A stretch of DNA of 32,000 nucleotides from Candidatus Hermodarchaeota archaeon (lineage in GTDB: Archaea; Asgardarchaeota; Heimdallarchaeia; Hodarchaeales; Hodarchaeaceae): contig JBHLKY010000020.1 of the NCBI GenBank assembly GCA_048886185.1, positions 12,392 through 44,391 of the forward strand. The letters are read 5' to 3'. Below are positions 1 through 7,106 of this stretch, piece after piece. Position 1 is the first letter of the stretch, and the number at the start of each line of letters is the position of its first letter. The position numbers were made by a program, and so were the translations under genes. Under the pieces are notes generated by a model. It searched no databases. It was given only the letters and a program-made list of their open reading frames with translations, and was not told where the DNA came from.

Positions 1-2
1 CA

Positions 3-1322
3 TCAGGCCACTTAACAAGTTTTAATGACCCTCTGATTTTTTGTCAGGGTAAGTGTAAAAAGAAACACAGACTAGATCATTTAGTGGAGGATCAACTGAA
101 CATTCGTACTGAAGATCTAGATATTGCCGATCTAGGGGAAATTATCAAAGAAAAAGGGCTAAGATGTCCTGATTGTGGAGGTACTTTTGGCGAACCTGTC
201 ACTTTCAACTTAATGTTCAACACATACATCGGGCCTGTACAAGATTCAGCTTCTCTTGCCTATTTGCGTCCAGAAAATGCCCAACTCATCTTTTCTGGAT
301 TTAAAAATGTCATCGATTCTACACGTGTAAAAATACCATTTGGAATAGCACATACAGGGATTGTTTTTAGAAATGAAATTTCCCCCCGTAATTTTCTTTT
401 TCGAGTAAGGGAGTATGAGCTAATGGAATTTGAATACTTTACAAATCCAGAGAAAACAAACGAATGTCCTTATTTTGAAGAAATAGCAGAATTAGATATC
501 AATGTATTATCACAAAATGATCAAGGTCAAAATCATGAAAAAAAGAATCTAGAGGAAGACTATCGAGTCATGAAAGTAGGTGAGGCATGGGAAAATAAAA
601 TATTCAAGAATAAATGGCAATTATATTGGCTAACTATTTTCGTTTACTGGTTTATTGAAGCATTAGGGATACGAGGAGAAAAATTACGGTTAAGACAACA
701 CATGAAAACAGAATTAAGTCATTATGCTTTAGACACATGGGATTTAGAATACAAATATCCTTTTGGTTGGAAAGAACTAATGGGATGCGCGAATCGAACT
801 CAATTTGACTTGAACCAACATCAAATGCACTCCAAAATCAAAATGCAGTTCATTGAGCAGACTGAAAACGGATTAAAAAGATATATTCCGTATGTTGTAG
901 CTGAACCCTCTGTCGGATTAGGTAGAATCCTTCTAACTGTAATTGCTGAAGGTTATACAGAGGAAGTTGTCAAAGGGCGTAAGCGTATTGTTTTGAAAAT
1001 TCATCCGCGGCTAGCACCTTATGATGTTTCAGTTTTCCCCTTACAAAAAGATGAGAAAATTTTCGCTAAAGCACGAAGTATTTTTGAAAATCTTCGTAAT
1101 AATGGATTTATTGTCCAATATGATGACAGTGGTTCGATTGGAAAACGCTATAGGAGACATGATGAAATTGGTACACCATTTTGTGTCACGATCGATTATG
1201 AAACCTTGGAAGATGAACAAGTGACAATAAGGATTCGAGATACAATGGAGCAAGTAAGAATTCCAATAAAAAACCTCCATAAAGAGCTAAGTTACCGAAA
1301 GAAGCATTATAAGATGAACTGA
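3..1322 (+). CDS. glyQS: Glycyl-tRNA synthetase, alpha2 (GlyQS) type, 5'-truncated by the window edge
   Basis: The frame is open from nt 3 (SGHLTSFNDPLIFCQGKCKKKHRLDHL), upstream of the track's GTG at 84. It has class II motif 2 (FRNEISPRNFLFRVRE), motif 3 (EPSVGLGR) and a C-terminal anticodon-binding domain (SGSIGKRYRRHDEIGTPFCVTIDY). Confidence 0.95.
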   Translation, partial: SGHLTSFNDPLIFCQGKCKKKHRLDHLVEDQLNIRTEDLDIADLGEIIKEKGLRCPDCGGTFGEPVTFNLMFNTYIGPVQDSASLAYLRPENAQLIFSGFKNVIDSTRVKIPFGIAHTGIVFRNEISPRNFLFRVREYELMEFEYFTNPEKTNECPYFEEIAELDINVLSQNDQGQNHEKKNLEEDYRVMKVGEAWENKIFKNKWQLYWLTIFVYWFIEALGIRGEKLRLRQHMKTELSHYALDTWDLEYKYPFGWKELMGCANRTQFDLNQHQMHSKIKMQFIEQTENGLKRYIPYVVAEPSVGLGRILLTVIAEGYTEEVVKGRKRIVLKIHPRLAPYDVSVFPLQKDEKIFAKARSIFENLRNNGFIVQYDDSGSIGKRYRRHDEIGTPFCVTIDYETLEDEQVTIRIRDTMEQVRIPIKNLHKELSYRKKHYKMN

Positions 1323-1340
1323 AGCATTATTGAATTTTGA

Positions 1341-2264
1341 GTGGATTTTATGGTTTCCTCAGACAATTTAAATTCATCATTTTTTGGTGCTACAGTCGAA
1401 GATATTGATGAAGGAAATTTAATTGTATTAGGCATTCCTTGGGATTTTTCTTCTTCTTATAGAAAGGGGTGTACAAAAGCTCCTGAAACATTACGTCAAG
1501 CAACTTCAGGAGAATTATATAATACGTATACAGAAGCCATGGTTAATATTAAGGATAAATGGCAGATATTTGATGCGGGAGATGTTAATATCTCATCAAA
1601 TGATGCCATGACAACTCGAAACGAAGTCTTAACCAAATTAAAACGAATTAGCAATATTGAGAAAGATAAACGATTTCTTTTTCTAGGAGGAGATCATCTT
1701 TCAACTTATTTTTGCTTCTTTTCGCTTTCTGAAATTGGATTCTTTCAAGAAGATAATAGTGCAATAATTTACTTAGATGCCCACCCAGACTTATACTATC
1801 AGTATAAAGGGGATATCTATTCTCATGCTTGCGTATTACGACGTATTATTGATCAAACAAGGATAAAACCAAGTAATATTATTCAATTTGGAATCCGAGC
1901 TAGTACCAATGAACAAAGAGAATTTGCCCATAATGCGGGAATTCAAACTATTACTAAGAGGAAATTTTTGGAAAAAGGAGCATTAGAAATAGCAAACATG
2001 ATTAAAGGCATGTTTTTAAATAATCCTAGTAAAATCTATTTGTCTATCGACCTAGACATTTTAGATCCTGCTTTTGCACCTGGTTTAGGAAATCCAGAGC
2101 CTGGGGGACTAACTACTCGAGAATTAGTTTCATTCATACAAGAACTCTCAGATCTACCTATTGTTGCTTTTGATGTCGTAGAATTTTGCCCTAATTATGA
2201 CCAATCAAACATAACTGCTTTTGCTGCAGCGAAAATAATCAAGGAGATTCTCGGGATAATATAA
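1341..2264 (+). CDS. speB: Agmatinase / ureohydrolase (arginase family)
   Basis: Mn-binding motifs GGDH, DAHPD and SIDLDILDP, plus APG..PEPGGL and DVVEFCP. The true start may be the ATG at 1350. Confidence 0.88.
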   Translation: MDFMVSSDNLNSSFFGATVEDIDEGNLIVLGIPWDFSSSYRKGCTKAPETLRQATSGELYNTYTEAMVNIKDKWQIFDAGDVNISSNDAMTTRNEVLTKLKRISNIEKDKRFLFLGGDHLSTYFCFFSLSEIGFFQEDNSAIIYLDAHPDLYYQYKGDIYSHACVLRRIIDQTRIKPSNIIQFGIRASTNEQREFAHNAGIQTITKRKFLEKGALEIANMIKGMFLNNPSKIYLSIDLDILDPAFAPGLGNPEPGGLTTRELVSFIQELSDLPIVAFDVVEFCPNYDQSNITAFAAAKIIKEILGII

Positions 2265-2382
2265 ACGGAGCTAAATCCCCTCTTTTGGATTTTCAAGTCA
2301 CTTGAGAAAATAAAAAATGTCCTTCAGATTTAAGTTCCAGAGAACAGAATTATGTCAACTTACAAATGAAATTACGTTATGT

Positions 2383-2415
2383 ATATAACAATAGTTAAAA
2401 AAACAATTGTTATAT
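2383..2415. promoter_or_regulatory. Inverted repeat, candidate operator upstream of iscS
   Basis: ATATAACAAT (2383-2392), a 13-nt spacer, then ATTGTTATAT (2406-2415), about 50 nt before the iscS start. AT-rich, so chance cannot be excluded. Confidence 0.3.
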
Positions 2416-2462
2416 TTTCTATTTGAAGAACATTTCAATAAATAAGAGAAGGCGGAACATTC

Positions 2463-3716
2463 TTGAAAGTTTATTTGGATAATAATGCTTCGACAAGGGC
2501 TGATCCAGTAGTCATCGAAGCCATGATGCCTTATTTTTCAGATATTATTAGCCCACCAAGCTCTGATTATGGCCATTCTTTTGGAGTAGAAGCAAAACAG
2601 GCCCTTGATTCAGCACGAGAAACTCTTGCCTCTAAAATCAATGTCCATTCCTCTGAAATAGTTTTTACCTCTGGACAAGCAGAATCAAATAATTTTGCGA
2701 TAAAAGGTATAGCTCTAACAAATCTTAAAAGAAAGAGGAAAATCTTTATTGCATCAAGTGTTTCTCATTCTACAATTTTAGATAGCTTATCTTCTTTGAA
2801 AAAACATGGTTTCGAAGTAAAACTAATAAAAGTTGACTCAGAGGGTTTTATTGACCGTAGTCATTTACAAAAGCTTCTTACAGAAAATAATGAACTCCCT
2901 CTATTAGTTTCAATCCCTCATGGTAATGTTGAGATTGGTACTGTCGAAAATATTCAAGAAATTTCGTCTATCTGTCATGAATACAAAGTTCCGCTTCATG
3001 TTGAGGCGACGTACAGTTTTTGTAAAATCCCTCTCGATGCTTCTCTTGTAGATATGGCAACAATAACTAGTCACTTAATCCATGGACCTAAAGGCGTCGG
3101 AGCTCTCTATATTAAAAAAGGCCTCAAGATTCAAAGGTTAATTGATGGTGGTCTTCAGGAAAACAAAAAACGAGGAGGAACTGAAAATTTACCAGGAATC
3201 GTCGGTTTCGCCAAAGCAGCTGAATTGTACACACCAGCTATCAATGAGAAAGTTAGAGAACTTCGTGATTATCTGTGGGAAACCTTTAATAAAAAAATCT
3301 CAGATTTCAAAGTTACTGGCCCAACTGATAGAGATAAAAGATTACCAAATCATTTTTCAGTTGTAATTAACTATGTTGAGGGAGAATCTATCTTATTACA
3401 TTTAGATTTACTCGATTTTATGATAGCAACAGGATCTGCTTGTTCATCAAAGCAGTTAAAGGCAAGTCATGTTCTTTCAGCAATTGGACTACCAACAGAG
3501 GTCAGTCATGGAAGTGTTCGGGTAGGATTAAGCAAATATAATACCAAGGAAGAGATTAATCAATTTATCGATCATTTAGTGAACATTGTTGAAAGATTAA
3601 GGGCAATCAGTCCAATGAATGCAGATTTTATGAGAGAGTGGCAAGAAATGAAGGATCAGGGAGTTATAGAAGAAAATAATCATCATCATGATTTTGAAGA
3701 AATAGAGGATGAATAA
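2463..3716 (+). CDS. iscS: IscS/NifS-family cysteine desulfurase homolog with the PLP lysine replaced by Leu
   Basis: VYLDNNAST, FTSGQAESNN, HGPKGVGALY, RGGTENLPGI and the GSACSS Cys loop. TTG start. Overlaps or abuts iscU. Confidence 0.93.
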   Translation: MKVYLDNNASTRADPVVIEAMMPYFSDIISPPSSDYGHSFGVEAKQALDSARETLASKINVHSSEIVFTSGQAESNNFAIKGIALTNLKRKRKIFIASSVSHSTILDSLSSLKKHGFEVKLIKVDSEGFIDRSHLQKLLTENNELPLLVSIPHGNVEIGTVENIQEISSICHEYKVPLHVEATYSFCKIPLDASLVDMATITSHLIHGPKGVGALYIKKGLKIQRLIDGGLQENKKRGGTENLPGIVGFAKAAELYTPAINEKVRELRDYLWETFNKKISDFKVTGPTDRDKRLPNHFSVVINYVEGESILLHLDLLDFMIATGSACSSKQLKASHVLSAIGLPTEVSHGSVRVGLSKYNTKEEINQFIDHLVNIVERLRAISPMNADFMREWQEMKDQGVIEENNHHHDFEEIEDE

Positions 3717-4125
3717 GATGGCGAAAATTTATTCCGATGAGGTCATGAAATTATTTATGAATCCAAAGAATATGGGAGAAATTGAAAATCCCAGTGGTCT
3801 TGGAAAAGTAGGAAATCCAGTTTGTGGAGACGTAATGTGGATTTATATTAAAGTTGATGACGCTACAGATGTGATAGAAGATATCAAAGTCAAAACTTTT
3901 GGATGCGTTGCTGCAATTGCCACAAGTTCAAAAACAACAGAAATGGCTAAAGGAAAAACTCTTAAGGAAGCCTATGCGATAACGAAGAAACAGGTTGCTG
4001 ATGATTTAGGGGGTTTACCAAAACAAAAAATGCATTGCTCAAATCTAGCTGTTGATGCACTTCAAAGAGCAATCGTTAATTATTTTGAGAAGAAAGGTAG
4101 ATCTATTGAAGAATTAGAGGGATAA
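3709..4125 (+). CDS. iscU: IscU/NifU-N Fe-S cluster scaffold
   Basis: All three Cys motifs are present: NPVCGD, FGC and HCSNLA. The start is either the ATG at 3709 or the ATG at 3718. Confidence 0.95.
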   Translation: MNKMAKIYSDEVMKLFMNPKNMGEIENPSGLGKVGNPVCGDVMWIYIKVDDATDVIEDIKVKTFGCVAAIATSSKTTEMAKGKTLKEAYAITKKQVADDLGGLPKQKMHCSNLAVDALQRAIVNYFEKKGRSIEELEG

Positions 4126-4134
4126 GAGAATTCA

Positions 4135-4383
4135 ATGAAAACGGAAGAACCTGACTTTTTAATTGATATCACAGGGTTAACCTGCCCAATTCCGCTGATT
4201 AAGGCACGAAGGGCAATAAAGAGCGCCAGAAAAGGTCAGAAAATCAAATTTGTGGGAACAATTGAGGAGGAAGTATCACGAAAGGAAATTCTTATAGCCA
4301 TTTCTAATCTAAATCAGCGTTTAATAGAAAATATAGACCAGATTGAAGAAAAAAGATGGTATATATTAATTGAAAAAAATTAA
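4135..4383 (+). CDS. tusA: TusA/SirA-family sulfur carrier
   Basis: IDITGLTCPIP matches the CPxP motif. 82 aa, starting 9 nt after iscU. Confidence 0.85.
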   Translation: MKTEEPDFLIDITGLTCPIPLIKARRAIKSARKGQKIKFVGTIEEEVSRKEILIAISNLNQRLIENIDQIEEKRWYILIEKN

Positions 4384-4433
4384 TTCTATTGAATTTATAA
4401 AAAAGAGCGAGATTATATCTCATTGATCCTCCT

Positions 4434-5312
4434 TTAAGGACTTAATTTTGGAAAGAATTGGAGAAAACCACTCAATGAGTTTCCCAAAAGAATATCAATC
4501 ATAAATAATGTAATCAATGTTGAGACAGGGATTAATAAATTATCGAGATCTGATGGGGAGAAAGCTTCGATTACCATTGCAACTACACCAAGGATAATGA
4601 TGACAATAAGTATGAATGCGATATCAATATTTTCTCCTGGATTAGCAAGTATAATGGAGTTAGTACCAAAGTCCATGCTGCCAATAATCCCAAGGAGTAT
4701 ATAAAAGATCAAACATCCTGCTATACTAAATAATAATACTCCGAGAGACCCTTCTAAAGTTTTTTCGCGTCCCAAAGTCTTATATTTCCGATTTCCCCAT
4801 CTTTTCCCGATATATGGGGCAATTCCATCACCCCATCCCACAATCGCCATCATGAACATTCCTGCATAACTTCCGTATAGAGCTGTTCCTGCAACCATCA
4901 TGACAATTGTGAAATATAATGGGCCCTTCATTAATTCACGTGGATCACCAGTTCTAGTCATTGTTTTTACATCTGGATCGTCTGATGAACCTTTCATTCC
5001 TTTATATATAAAAGTTAAAAAAAATAAGAATGGTACAGTGATATTCAACATATAAGAGAAAAATGCTTTATCCGAGGTATTCATAAACAACCAGATCCAA
5101 ATAAATGAGCCTGCTGCAATATGAATAATCTTTCGGGAAAGATCAGAGGAGAGTTTGCCAGAATCTACTAATTTTTCTAATAATGAGATTATCACTTTTA
5201 CATATATCATTGCAACTATAGCACCAAAGAAAAAATTCCATAATATTGCTCCAACATCAACACCAGCGAAGAGTATTTCTGGAAAAATCGTTATGTAACC
5301 CATTTTCATCAC
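4434..5312 (-). CDS. CTP-dependent polyprenol kinase (phytol/farnesol/dolichol kinase family), membrane protein
   Basis: SRKIIHIAAG, RELMKGPLY, GDGIAPYIGKRWG, KTLEGS and DNLLIP motifs, with multiple hydrophobic segments. Confidence 0.85.
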   Translation of the reverse strand: MMKMGYITIFPEILFAGVDVGAILWNFFFGAIVAMIYVKVIISLLEKLVDSGKLSSDLSRKIIHIAAGSFIWIWLFMNTSDKAFFSYMLNITVPFLFFLTFIYKGMKGSSDDPDVKTMTRTGDPRELMKGPLYFTIVMMVAGTALYGSYAGMFMMAIVGWGDGIAPYIGKRWGNRKYKTLGREKTLEGSLGVLLFSIAGCLIFYILLGIIGSMDFGTNSIILANPGENIDIAFILIVIIILGVVAMVIEAFSPSDLDNLLIPVSTLITLFMIDILLGNSLSGFLQFFPKLSP

Positions 5313-5408
5313 ATGATTTATTCTCTAATTTAAAATACCAGAATAATTCTTAAATTTTTAAAATCAATTACATCCTGTTGTCAAAATAAAATCTCAAGAC
5401 AACACTTT

Positions 5409-6104
5409 TTAACTAATTTTTTGAAGCATTTTAATCTCATTAATGAATTTTCTTGTCTCAGATAATGATAAATCGTACCAATCTTTATATGCATCAGCTA
5501 CAGCAAAAGGATATCGATCACGAATATTTAAAACAATTATTTTATCTACATGTGGTTCTAAATGATGTACTGAGCTAATAGGAGCTGTTGGGACAGCAAT
5601 GGAAATTTCTTCAGCACCAAGCTTTTTCAGCCATTTTGCTCCTGCTAGTACTGAAAAACCAGAGGCAATTCCATCATCTGTTATCAATACTTTCTTACCA
5701 TATACTTTTGGTTGTTTCTTTAATTGAAGCAATTCTCTTCGTTTTTTCTCAACTTCCTGTACTGCTCTTTCTATCTGCTGCTCTAACTGAAAATTTGTTA
5801 AAGACAGACGAGAGACAATGTCCTCATTCAGGAATATTTGGCCATCAGGTGTGATTGCTCCCATACCTGCTTCTGTACTTCCTGGGATCTGAATTTTTCG
5901 TATTATTAAGAGATCGAATGGTTTTTTGGCTGGTATTAAGGGGAATTCTAACAAACCCAATCCGACTGGAACACCACCATTTGGGATAATATAAAGAACA
6001 TCGAAGTCCTCTAATGTGACAAAAGATCCAAGTAAGAAGCCAGCACGTCTCCGAGAATGAAAGATATAGTATTTATTTCTTAATTCTTTATTTTCTATAA
6101 TCAT
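5409..6104 (-). CDS. Type I phosphoribosyltransferase (COG1926-like)
   Basis: IPNGGVPVG, RKIQIPGSTEAGMGAI and the PRPP-binding loop VLITDDGIASG, followed by IAVPTAP. Confidence 0.88.
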   Translation of the reverse strand: MIIENKELRNKYYIFHSRRRAGFLLGSFVTLEDFDVLYIIPNGGVPVGLGLLEFPLIPAKKPFDLLIIRKIQIPGSTEAGMGAITPDGQIFLNEDIVSRLSLTNFQLEQQIERAVQEVEKKRRELLQLKKQPKVYGKKVLITDDGIASGFSVLAGAKWLKKLGAEEISIAVPTAPISSVHHLEPHVDKIIVLNIRDRYPFAVADAYKDWYDLSLSETRKFINEIKMLQKIS

Positions 6105-6170
6105 TCTCTTTCATTCCCCATTAGAAATCCCATCTATTATCCAGCGTTAGGAAATAAAGTTAAAGGTAGG

Positions 6171-7106
6171 TTATTTTGATGTTTTTTCTATCCATAATTC
6201 AAATAGTTCCTCGCCTAGATTTCTAAAGCTATCTAAATCTTCTATGATATCAATCCAATTTTTTGGAATCCCTCTTTCTCCCAAGAACGCTCCTGCAATT
6301 GCACCTGACATACAGGCTATTGTGTCTGTATCCCCTCCACAGCGTATTGAAGAATGTAGAACTTCGTAAAAATTTGTTCTATTACTTAAAAAATGATATA
6401 TAGCTGAAGGAACGGATTCTGGAGCTGTTACATTCACTCCAAGCTGGCTAACTATTCTATCAATAGGAGGAGGAGAACTTAAATAAGTTTCAATTCTTTC
6501 AAGTTTTTGTTGATATACTTTAGATAATTGCAACGTTCTAAGTTGCTCCATAAAATCCAAAACTTCAAAATTTTTTGGATCACTATTAACAGCTAGCGCC
6601 ACAGCATAAGATTGGAGAATAGCTCCCTGTCTTCCAAGTGTGTGAAAATGTGTGATCATTGATACTTTATCAGCTATTTCTTTTACTTTTTCTAAATCTT
6701 TGTGATAAAGTAAGCCTACTGGCCCAATTCTCATGGCAGCACCATTTCCCAACGACCCCTCACCATAGAAAGCTTCTTTAGCTGGTATATCCCATTGATT
6801 TCCATCCTTTATTTGCATTAAAATGGAAATAGTTCCAGGACCATAGCCTCTAGTATGATCAAAATTACGTACGAAAGTATCTGCCATATCTTGTCCGTTG
6901 AACTTCCCTTTATTACCCAATAAGGATTCCAAAACTCCTTTCATCATTTCACTATCATCAGTGTATCTCCCTCCAACCATCTGAAAATCTTCAACACGGA
7001 TAGTTTCATGAAACGATCCTTCATACTTGGCTCCCCATGAATCGCCTATCACACTTCCCAAGATAGAACCTAGGAATTTATCCTTTATCTGGTTATACTG
7101 GTTCAT
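6171..7106 (-). CDS. ADP-ribosylglycohydrolase (ARH/DraG family)
   Basis: GSVIGDSWG, YTDDSEM, GNGAAMR, THFH and GGDTDTIAC Mg-binding motifs are all intact. Confidence 0.93.
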   Translation of the reverse strand: MNQYNQIKDKFLGSILGSVIGDSWGAKYEGSFHETIRVEDFQMVGGRYTDDSEMMKGVLESLLGNKGKFNGQDMADTFVRNFDHTRGYGPGTISILMQIKDGNQWDIPAKEAFYGEGSLGNGAAMRIGPVGLLYHKDLEKVKEIADKVSMITHFHTLGRQGAILQSYAVALAVNSDPKNFEVLDFMEQLRTLQLSKVYQQKLERIETYLSSPPPIDRIVSQLGVNVTAPESVPSAIYHFLSNRTNFYEVLHSSIRCGGDTDTIACMSGAIAGAFLGERGIPKNWIDIIEDLDSFRNLGEELFELWIEKTSK

